Source: Fimbriosthenelais zetlandica
Lineage: Eukaryota
Assembly: GCA_977030845.1 (NCBI GenBank)
Contig: OZ365109.1
Coordinates: 44,144,001 to 44,208,000 of the forward strand
Direction: 5' to 3'
DNA: 64,000 nucleotides
The translations under genes and the position numbers were made by a program. Shown piece by piece: positions 47,501-59,500 of the stretch (position 1 is its first letter; every line of letters begins with the position of its first letter). Below the pieces are notes generated by a model that saw only the letters and a list, made by a program, of their open reading frames with translations, searched no databases and had not been told where the DNA came from.

Positions 47501-50500
47501 ACCACTCGAATATTCGTGCCTCCAACAAGAGGGAGACAAGATGGTAGAGACCATCCTGGACTTGTTATATAAGATATACAACACCATTAATCAACAAGGG
47601 CATCAGCGATGAGAAAAGATGCGAGTAGGTCGTGGCCTCAGACTGAAATCTTAAAACTAAATAATACAGAAGACCTGTAAAAAACATCTTAATTCTACAG
47701 GTTGAAATACAATACAATAGAACAAAAGGCAGGCCCTCAGAATAATCTTATAATAATAAATAGGTAGCATACATTAGATGCTTACCTCCACTTACTGTCG
47801 TATCCTCTGCTCTTCATCCAGCGATGAGCCATCCATACCATGAGTCATTCATGGGCTAATGAGGAGTAGTATTATTCATCACCAAGTCATGAATATTAGT
47901 CCATTCATGACCAAGTCACGGTTATTAGTCCATTCACATAGTGGGAATTTAGGAGGGTGAGAGGAGTCGCTGGTGTTAATGTGGACATGTATAATGTAAT
48001 TCTTTTCTTGAAATTTCTATGTTTATTATAAGGGTTCGCCCAGGAGTGCGAAAGCAAAGGAGGAAGGAATGTTAATGTGGGGATTCAGAAGTTTTACTTT
48101 TAATGCTTGATTACAATGTGATATAGGGGTTGGCATCTTGTTTGTGTAATTGGCATGTCTGAGCTTGCAACTTGACAATGGCCAGCATCAATGCCAGCAT
48201 TATAGCTTTGTCAGCTTGTAACAAACAAAGGGACAATAACATAAAAAGGGGAAATCTGGGTAATATTGAAATGGGCCAATGAGGGTTAAGGGTATAGATG
48301 GGAACAGTTTAAAAAGGCATGCTGTAGGAACAATCAGGGTCACTTGTGATCCACCCGTGGCAGGGGTTTAAGGTCACTTGTTGACTCTCAACTCCTTGAG
48401 AACCAACTCTACCCTCGATTACTCTACTGTCTTCAGCTACCATATATTCTAGGGGGATATAGCTGGGAAAGGAATACAACTAGGAGTATATCTTTGGACA
48501 TTGTGTATCAACTGTATCTTTGGACATTGTATATCATATATGTTGGATTTTATATAAGGCATAAATAAATAAGTGGCAAGCCATTAAGCATACGATCATT
48601 GGTCGTCTTTAATATACAGAGGTCAGCCCGGTATATTTACACTGGTGTGAGAACCCGGTTTGGCTTGCCCTTAATTTTGCCTTGAGGATATTTGACAGAC
48701 AGGCCCACACGTATGACAAAGGTCAGCCAGGAGGACACTAAATCTGTTATTTCAGAGGACTAAACTTCCGAAACATTGACTATGTATACCTGTTGAACCA
48801 TCACAAACCTACATAAGGATCGGGGTCTCAAAATGTGTGCTATGTGGGGTTCGAGGCAACCCATGGAGCCTGGGGTGTTCACAGGTAATGGTGATTACGA
48901 TGTAAAACAATTTGTTAATGATTGTGATGCTTGGGCAGAGTACCATGGGGACAAGACAGGGATGCAGATAAAGTTTAACCTTGGAGATTGGCTAGGAGAC
49001 GATGCCTATGATTGGTATTTGTATGTCTTAAGGAGACAGCATTTACCCTGGAAGGATATAAAGGAGAATTTGATTCTAAAATATTCTTCAAATATGCTAA
49101 AGGAGAGAGATGATTTGTTATATTTTAAGGAGGTGCTGGCATTGATGTATAGCCTCGCACCAACAGAGGATAGTGCAGCTAAGATACAAAACGCCCGGGC
49201 TGGTATCTCATTTGCATTACACAAGATCAATCGACAGATAGAAATCAGCAGCTTCGTTGATCCTGATCCTGAGGCGAGCGATTATGCAAGAAGATGTGCT
49301 TTTGCCAGAGAGGAAAAGCCAAATGTCCCTCGTGAAATAAAAATCCTCCCTGAGATGTGGAGACCTTTTGTGGACGAAGTTAAGGGTCCAGAGGAGGAGA
49401 AAGTCATACAGTCTGTGAGCCCACTAGCAGAGAACTCACCTGAAGTCGCATCACAGGATAAAATCAGAGATGAACCGGTTAACGAACATGTAATATCCGA
49501 GGTACAGGATAAAGAACATTTTATACCTGATTACCATGTTGAAAATCCGGTTATATCTGATGAACAGGATGAGGGATTAGATGGGACACAGGACAATAAC
49601 AGAGGTACAGAACAGAAAGAGGGATTGAATGATACACAGAAGGATGAAGTAGATAAAGAAGAAGTGGATACAAAGGAAGATGAACTGAATGACCAACAAG
49701 AATATGAAAGGCATAATGAATTAGAAGGACAGGATAACGAACAACTGGATGAAATTAATAACAGACAGGTAGATAGACCGGAAGACAAACAGGACGATAT
49801 ACCCGGTAATACACAAAATGATGAATTCCACAATGTTACACTGAATGATGAACTGATTGATGAACCAAATGATACACTGAATGATGAACTGATTGATGAA
49901 CCAAATGATACACTGAATGATGAACTGATTGATGAACCAAATGATACACTGAATGATGAACTGATTGATGAACCAAATGATACACTGAATGATGAACTGA
50001 TTGATGAACCAAATGATACACTGAATGATGAACTGATTGGTGAACCAAATGATACACTGAATGATGAACTGATTGATGAACCAAATGATACACTGAATGA
50101 TGAACTGATTGATGAACCAAATGATACACTGAATGATGAACTGATTGATGAACCAAATGATACACTGATTGATGAACTGATTGATGAACCAAATGATACA
50201 CTGAATGATGAACTGATTGATGAACCAAATGATACACTGAATGATGAACTGATTGATGAACCAAATGATACACTGATTGATGAACTGATTGATGAACCAA
50301 ATGATACACTGAATGATGAACCAAATGTTACACTGAATGAGGAATTGAAGAATGAACTTGATGAAAAACGGGACCATCAAATGTGTGACAAACAGGTTGA
50401 TAAACATTTCGACAAAAAGGTTGATGATTCAGATATTATGATCATGGTGTCAGGGGAAAATGATGGGTCTCAAGATCAGCAACCATGTATCATGGGCAGT

Positions 50501-53500
50501 GTGGATGTTTTAGTTCCAAAGGTAGTCCAAGGATGGACTGGAATAAGAAGGAGGGGGAGCTATGTAACAAATTGCCGGGATGCCAAGACATTCAAAGAAA
50601 CAATTTTCAGGGGTCTAGTATCTTGTGCTGGATAGATATGCATTTCCATATTATATTATTATTACAAATCTTGTGATTAATGATATTTTGACACGGACTG
50701 TCCAAAGGAAATGTTTAACCATTTTGCGGGGGAAATATAATTATCTTATTTTATGTGTTACATTTTAAACAAAATTAATTTTTGTGAACAAACTCACGTT
50801 TGCAAAGTTATGGATAGTTATTTTGATATTATTCAAATTTCTTAATTTATTATAAGGGTTCGCCCAGGAGTGCGAAAACAAAGGAGGAAGGAATGTTAAT
50901 GTGGACATGTATAATGTAATTCTTTTCTTGAAATTTCTATGTTTATTATAAGGGTTCGCCCAGGAGTGCGAAAGCAAAGGAGGAAGGAATGTTAATGTGG
51001 GGATTCAGAAGTTTTACTTTTAATGCTTGATTACAATGTGATATAGGGGTTGGCATCTTGTTTGTGTAATTGGCATGTCTGAGCTTGCAACTTGACAATG
51101 GCCAGCATCAATGCCAGCATTATAGCTTTGTCAGCTTGTAACAAACAAAGGGACAATAACATAAAAAGGGGAAATCTGGGTAATATTGAAATGGGCCAAT
51201 GAGGGTTAAGGGTATAGATGGGAACAGTTTAAAAAGGCATGCTGTAGGAACAATCAGGGTCACTTGTGATCCACCCGTGGCAGGGGTTTAAGGTCACTTG
51301 TTGACTCTCAACTCCTTGAGAACCAACTCTACCCTCGATTACTCTACTGTCTTCAGCTACCATATATTCTAGGGGGATATAGCTGGGAAAGGAATACAAC
51401 TAGGAGTATATCTTTGGACATTGTGTATCAACTGTATCTTTGGACATTGTATATCATATATGTTGGATTTTATATAAGGCATAAATAAATAAGTGGCAAG
51501 CCATTAAGCATACGATCATTGGTCGTCTTTAATATACAGAGGTCAGCCCGGTATATTTACACTGGTATCTCAGGTGGGACAGGTGGGCTGGAGGTGTACG
51601 TCAATACAAGGCAAGGCAACGACCAAGCTCAGGTGTGAAGGTGGAGGCAGGTGTGAACAGGTGTGAAGGTGGGGCCTGGTGTAGTGTTATTTTTCTCTGG
51701 TACGGCGATATAACGTCCGCACAACACACCAACACCCTGAGGAGGGGCACACTGAAAATGCCATGGACAGCTTGGGGATTGAACCGCCGACCCTCTGATC
51801 AGATTACGCCTGGTTATTTATTTTGTGTAACATGAATATCTAAGTAATGTTAAGTTTGAGTAAGAACTGACAAGTATTACATACTTGTCCAATCTTCTGT
51901 CATCTTTCACTAATAAGTAGGGGGTAATTGGCCTGGGGGTAATTATCCTACAGGGGTAGTAATCCTAGGTGGTAATTGGCCTGGGGGTAATTATCCGGGT
52001 GGTAAATATCCTAGGGTGGTAGTCATCCTAGGTGGTAGTTATCCGGGTGGTAGTCGTCCGGTAGTGATTGTCCTAGGTGGTAGTAGTCCGGGTGGTAATC
52101 GCCCTGGGGGGTAGTGCGCCTGTCACCCGCCTGGTTCACTCAATCTGAAAAAAATATATTAAGAAATAATGAAATAATCATCTTTATGCATATATGTTGC
52201 GTAATATCTGGGCGGTTAATTAAAATTTATACTTACTGAATAGGCCTACTATACGCCTAAATGGGTCAGAGGAAATCTAGGCTAATATTTCTAAATTTAA
52301 AATCACTGAATTGGTCTAAGTGAAGGCCAAAACATAAGAGCTGAATGAATTTCTGGGTAGACCTAAGGTGCAAATGTTACCAATACAGGGAATCGAACCC
52401 TGGTCTCTCACATGCTAGGCAAGCGTTCCAACCACTGGGGCCATACATTGTCACCTCTTGGAACATCCAGGTGGCTGGTCACGTTTCTAAAAACATCAGC
52501 TAGGCCTACCTGCTGTCATAATGAAGTAGGCTTACGTGCTCATGTTGTGACAGAGAAGCTTCTCTCTACACAAACCCACAAAGTGCGGCCTACTGTCAAC
52601 TCGTGGATGATGGAGCATATATTTTGATTCTGGTACAAAACCTGTGAACTTGCACCTTGCTTAATTACTACGTGCACTATGAATACAGACTGTCTAAGGC
52701 AATTATTAGAGCTTTACATTTATATTTAGATGTGTTTTTTGCACATTTTCGCGTCACCAGTGTCAGAGGTGACTCGATCGCGTGCAGATCTCCGCTATTT
52801 TGGTTCTGCATGTGTCTCTAACTTGTTCTAGTACGTATTTTTACCACGTCATCCGCATCCGAGTTCACCAAAGACATCCTAACAATGTTAACTAACATAT
52901 TATAATGTTACAATTCAACAGTAGGCCTACTGACCTTTTATGATGGATGTTTTGATTTTTGAGTGAGGCAGCGGTCGGGCGTGCGCGTGTTCCTCCGCAG
53001 TCAGCTCGGGCGCATGTGGACGTCAGTCTGTGGGCGTCGATCCATTTTGAACTCATCATACTATGGAAACGCAAATGTAACCATAACTCCCGAGATGCGA
53101 AACCGGGAAATTAGTCCCGGTTCCGGACTTCGGGAAGCCGAAACCCGATATCGGACTTCGGGAACCCGACTTCGGCTTCCCGAAGTCCGATATCGGGTTT
53201 CGGCAACTAGCAGGGTAGACCCGAGACGCGAAACCGGGCCCGAAATCCGAAGTCGCCATTGAAATTGCACTGTAAACACAAAAGCCGAAACCCGGCAACT
53301 AGCAGTAAAGACCCGAGATGCGAAACCCGATATCGGGTTTCGGCAACCTGACTTCGGCTTCCCGAAGTCCGGAACCGGGACTTATTTCCCATTTCGCATC
53401 TCGGATTTCGTCCACTTTTAGGCCTCGCCTGAATCCGCGTATTTTCAAAAAATTGTATCGCGGTTCCGGGCTTCGGGATGCCGAAACCGGACTTCGGCAA

Positions 53501-56500
53501 GACCCGAGATGCGAAACCGGGTTTCGGCATTTTTTTCCAGTGCTATTTCAATGGCGACTTCGGGTTTCGGGCCCGGTTTCGCATCTCGGGTCTTGCCGAA
53601 ATCCGATATCGGGTTTCGGAAACCCGATTTCGCCTTGCCGAAGTCCGGATTCGGGAGTAAATTGCCGGTTTGACATCTTCCGAGTTATGGTTACATTTGC
53701 GTTTCCATATTTTTCCCCTCCTTATCATACCTATGAAGAGTTCTAGGCCTATAGAGCATATTGATCAGCAAAGATTCTACTATATACTATATAGTAGAAT
53801 CTTTGATATCAGGCCTTCCAGTGTTGACCCACACTCGGTCACACCAGAACGGCACACGAGGGACCAGATTGGACAGTTCTGCAGTAAATATCCGATCAGG
53901 CAGGTGCTGCAGTAAATAACCGATCAGCGATTTTTTTTTTTTTTAAAGAAAAAAAAACAAGTTTATGGGTCTTTTTTTGTCATAGAGGGGAAAATCACTA
54001 TCTATGGTGTACGTCTTCATTCTGACTCGGTTGACTCTTGAAAATTTTCAATATTAGAAAATATTTAATCACTGGTGATTAATTCTAAATTTAGATTATT
54101 CCATTGGGGTGACTGTGGATTCAACTATATCTGAGTCAAAAGAGGCCAGCCTTACCTCTCCGCTACTGGAAATAACTAAGGAAAGTTGCCTGGTCGCCAT
54201 GATCCGTTCAGTAGTGAATTTCGAGTAAGCCTTTCTCTCCGCCATTCTCAATTATTAGGCCTAACATTTTATATATTTCCTAAAATATGGCATAAATATT
54301 TTTCTCACATCAGTAGGACCTTTAGGCCTACCGTACCTTCAAAATAATAATTAGGCCTAATTAAATCTTATTTTAAGGATATGCATTATCAATGCTATTG
54401 GAACTTCAAAGGAAGAATGCACAGATTATCCCCCAACTGAAAATGTGAAAAAACCCGTTGATCTTTACTATCGACTTAAAGTGGGAAGTTACTACATCAA
54501 GTTTGGTTTTACAATAAGTTATGAAGAAAAAATTCAAGTTTATGCTGCACTGGATGAAATAAAGATCATTCAAACAGAATGCTCACTCCTCAGTAAGTTT
54601 TCTGAAAATATTGTTAATCTATAGTCCATCACTTGAATTAATAATTAGGCTAGGCCTATATTAAAGCATTCATGGTAGCCTATTGAAGCATTTAAAGATT
54701 TTTTTAGATTTTACCGAAACCAAGTTTTTTGTTCACTGTTCTTTCTAGATGAAGTGCAAGATGCAACTGGCTCATGCGATTTCACGGAACAAAATGCATG
54801 CGGATACAGGGAGACCCAAGGCATATGGACTGTCTACACAGCTTCAAGAGGTATCTTCCACAAACTTGTCAATTCCTTAATATACCTTTTAGTATATAGT
54901 ACCTTACAGTAATGCCTTGAACACACCAGAGCTTCTACTACGTTTTTAGAGAAACCTGCTTTGGCGTAGGCCTATTTCTTTGTACACTGCTAACCAAGAG
55001 AGTACGTGGCTAAATCATATAAATTTTAGGCTATGTGACTCAAATACAAAATCTAAGCAGCGCTCGATTGCGGGTTTCTCGGAAGTCACATGACAAGAAA
55101 TGTCATTAAATTTAATCTTCACCTATTTTTCAGCAAGTACCCTCATGGCGAATGATTATAATTATATGAGGTGTATGTCTGCTAATGAATGGACCTCTTA
55201 CAGTTCGCAATCACCTCCACCATTGAACTCTTGGCTCTCCAGCTCATCATGGTACTCTGGCTCATCATCCAGTTACTACACCTCATATCCCAGTTATTAT
55301 AGTAGTGGATATAGTAGTAGCTATTATTCTAGCACCAGCAATTCAGGATCGGATTACTATTCATATAGCACCAGTTCTTCACCAGATTATTCCTCGTCAT
55401 CAGACTATGGTGATTCTTCAGAAGCACACTATGGTGAATCAGATTATGTTGAACCAGACTACTCTACCAGTTATGCTTCTTCAACCATCCCTTCAGAATC
55501 ACAATATTATGGATCTTCATACTCCACTGATTATGGTGCCATCTATTCCTCATCGGATTATTCTTCCTCAACTGCGGATTACAGTTATGATTATCCATCA
55601 TATTCTACTAGTTATGACACCTCGTCGACGTCGTCACTTTCGCAAATTCAAGAACCATCCACATCAGATTCTGATGTTATCCCAACAACAACAATGTCTA
55701 CAGATATGTTTCAAAATAGCTGGATAATAGGCAGTACAAAAGGCCCTAGTCAGGGTTCAGAAGGTCAGTTTCTTATCCCCGCGACCCTTAAAAAAGTTTA
55801 CATGCTGTCAAGTATCAGTCTTCAAGTATATGTCCCGATGGACAATGTCAAATGCTTTCTCGAATCTACAAATCTGTGTTATCTTTCTTATTTATAGAGG
55901 GGTAAAATTAAAAGCAGCAGTGGATAATGTGCAATGAAACCTCCCCAACTCCGGCCCACCCCGACCACATTTAAAATTAAAATTTGTAATTAAAATTGAG
56001 GATCTATGAGTGAATATGTCTTGGTGAAAGCTCAAGATTAAGAACATCGGTTTTGAGCCATGTCATACTCTGATGTATTTCTCATTGCAGAAAATGTTTA
56101 TTATTGTCAATGCAAAAATGGAGGGCCATGTCAAATGGAAAGTCCGAAATTTTCCATCGCTTCAGACTCGTGTCTACAAATCATGTTTGTGATGAATTCT
56201 TGTAATTACACAAACATCACCTTGTATTTCTTCGATAGTCTCAGTGGAAACTTTTTAGGGAACATTGATGTGTCAGGGTCACTGGCACAAAGAATTATGC
56301 AATTGGACTTGAAGAAAAATGTTGCACAATACAGCATGTTGGCACAAGCATACGGGGCAACCATTGCGCTTTATAAAATTCAAATCGTTGATGGAAACTG
56401 TATAGTAAATGGTAAGCAGCAGTATTTTAGTTTTATAAATGGCCAAGTCAACAGAAATCCCATTGTGCATCAAGTTATAATGCAGGTTGATATATACATT

Positions 56501-59500
56501 AGGCCTACGCTGTGAGGCAAAGAAGCTTCGTACTGGATATGATTTGATTCTTGATAGGTACATGTATGAAGATAATGTCAAGTTCTGAACGTTATTCCAG
56601 ACACTATTCTGGACGTGAGCACTGAGTTCAAAGTCCCGGATGATGATCATAAAACGGGCGATGCTCGTACCACTTCCTCGCCCAACCAAGATAATGCAAA
56701 TACTGGTACAGAAGGCAGCACACCAGTCTTTGTTGATAAAACGACAAAGCGCTCAGTTTCAGGTATATTTCAAATTCTAATATACCATTGATATATTCAA
56801 AATAGATTTTCATAGCAACAGATTCTCCAATCCGATGCCATCCGATCCCCTATCCTAGCTGGTGTTGTACAATAAAATCGCCAATGGCGAGGGATCGGCG
56901 AGGGTGCCCTCGCGGTGCGATTAAATTGTTGAAGTGCTGTTTTTTTCTAAAAAGTGCTTGGATAACTGATTGTTAGTGCATTGTCCAAGCACTGTTTTCT
57001 TAAAAACAATGCTTGGACAATGCAATTGCTCCACGAAGGTATCCTCGCCATCGTCGATTTTATTGTACAACAGGGGGCATGTTTCAATTTTGTCCACGAC
57101 CTTTGGTTAGTGTTTAATTCAATTATTTCGAATCTTTGCAGATGATGTGAACATCAAACAGTTCTTGGAAGCCTCCAAACATGAATATGTAGATTTTATC
57201 CATATGTAAGTTTTCCTTTCATTCAAGCCGTTTCATAAAACAGATCTAATGTAATAAAATTATATTATGTAGAATATTAAAGTAATAGTAAAGCTATGAA
57301 CTATGGATCCTGGTACCGATATACATGTACTCGATATTCTATGTAGAGTCATTGCCTTTCAGATGTTCATGGAAGGGAGGGCCTTGTGATAAAAATCACT
57401 TCGTTGAGCAGTTCACTGACATGGGCCTTTGTTATACATTCAACGGTAACACCTCACTAGAGTTAAAATCATCAACATCAGGTAAACTAATATTCTAATT
57501 ATGTATACTATATACACGGTGCATTATCCCACGAATGGGTTTTTATTATTTGCACACTGTTTTGGTGGTTTCCGTTGACTATTGCGTCAAGAAATAGTGC
57601 ATTATTTTGACCACATTCTACTGCGATGAAGTCGTACCAATCACAGCGTGTACTCGTTCGAGGTCTAACCACTGTATAACACCCTACTATATGCTTTTGG
57701 AAAATACTAGGTTCAGATCAAGGCCTTCAACTTACACTCAATTTGGCCAATTATGACCGAGCTGGTTCAGAACTTACTGACTCAGGAGTGATGGTATGTT
57801 TGTACTTTGGATTAAATTGTGAATTGTTGGAAAATCCTGAACTCGCGTTTTCTATAAAAACAGACTTAAATTATAGATGCAAATGGTTTTTGTAGGTGTA
57901 TCTTCATGAACCAGAGAACATACCAATGGTTAGTGAGATGGGATTTGCTGCACCAGCTGGACTTCATACTCTTGTTTCAGCCAGCTACTCGGAGGTAATT
58001 TGTTTGTTTGTATTTTAATGGAGTCTTCCATTAAAGTTGGACATGTATTGTTATTATTGTGTTCGAATCCAGGTACGAATTTCTCAAAGGTTCGTATATA
58101 GTATCGCACCAGAAAGAAAAAGTCACTATAGACGAAGAATTAATGATCGATTTTTGTTTCGATTTTACAGACTAATAACCTTAAACGGCCATATGGAAAC
58201 TGCACTGCGGAAAATAATCTGGAGTATTACCAAGGAATGAATTACACAATGGAATATTGTAGGACAGAATGTAAGACAAAGGCAACTGGTCTGATCTGCG
58301 GGTGCAAGCATGCCTTTATGTCTGGTAAGTGAATAATTACATGACAGGGATCACTTGCACTCAAGCAATCAATGTTCTCATAGGTGATGAAGTAACAAAG
58401 CTTGATGATTTAGTAAATCACCGATGCCATGATCTCATAGCATTCCTAATTGCTTAGAAGTGTAGAAATTCTGACTTCTTTTTCAGATGTAGCACCTTTC
58501 CCTCTTTGTAGCATGAGTGACTACATCAGATGTGGTCTAAATTTCAAAGGTCAGTGCAGATTAATTAAATTATACTTTCTCTTTATCTCCCCCCCCCCCT
58601 TCTCTCTCTCACTCTTTGACCATCTGTCTGTTTGTCTCTATCCAATAACTATCTAATCTTTATCCCTCAAAGAAACGTTCCTCGAATTCATGTACTTGTC
58701 TCTGATATGCAGGAGGTCTCAATGGTTCCTTATCAACATGTGAAAAAGAAAAATGCCAAGTTGCATGCAAAATGATCAACTACCAAATTATGTCATCATC
58801 TTCAAAGTTGACAACAGTGGATCTGAATAATCGAGTTTCAGAGAAGTTCTACTCTGCACTTGAAATAAAAAATAGGGCTGATCCAACGCGCATCGTGTCA
58901 ACAGTGAGAAATTTAGATAAACTGATTCTGTCCATCAACTACTATAAGGATATGGCTGAAAGGCAAACTGGTACAAGTCCAATGTCCAGGTATACCAAAG
59001 TAGTTAAAGCCATGAATGAAATCCAAACACAGATAGTGATTGACTGTCGAAAAGTTTTGGATGACCTTAAACACATTAGATCTGTTTACATGGACATTTT
59101 TGGGTACAGAATCAATGCCTTACATTATAAGCTTGTTGAGGTACTCAATTATGCAAGGTCCATGGTACAACGAAACAGCCAGGGTGATTGCTATGGTGGT
59201 ATGAATGACAACTTGACCATTCGACTTTTGAGAGATGTACAAAAGTCTTTGTATGATGTAAAGGATGGAACAGAAAAAGAGTTTCTCAATAGACTTAGGA
59301 ACTACATGAAGTCATATAACACAAGCAATGTCGAAGGACTCTCAGGAGAAGAGATTGCTAACCTGATACCTGATAACATCGGCCTAAATAATTCATACGG
59401 TTACTGCGTCGCCCAAGATGTTTATTCTGAATTTCTAGACATCTTCAACAATGTCTTTAAAGGGGTATGTATGGATGAAGGTCAGTACCTGAATTTTGTG

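Larger units (their letters stand above)
47974..51561 (+). mobile_element. Young non-autonomous (gag-only) Ty3/gypsy-like LTR retroelement
   Basis: 668-bp LTRs at 47974-48641 and 50894-51561 (TG...CA, identical by eye); 4-bp TSD CTGG (47970-73, 51562-65); PBS-like TGGTGTGAGAA at 48643; PPT AAAGGAGGAAGGAA directly before the 3' LTR; internal region 2.25 kb with one ORF and no pol. Confidence 0.88.

Noticed and set aside
49832-50299. 36-bp repeats as a CRISPR array
   Set aside because: No unique spacers; in-frame coding minisatellite in eukaryotic DNA.
49531-50407. Minus-strand repeat ORFs (FINQFIIQC, VHHSVYHL)
   Set aside because: Antisense shadows of the 36-bp repeat.
52963-53746. Cluster of short Arg/Ser/Gly-rich ORFs on both strands
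   Set aside because: By-products of the GC-rich foldback element.
56601-56762. Furin site releasing the finger insert (TTKR/S in paralog 3, NPKR/E in paralog 2)
   Set aside because: No Arg at P4 and absent from paralog 1; only a weak dibasic site.
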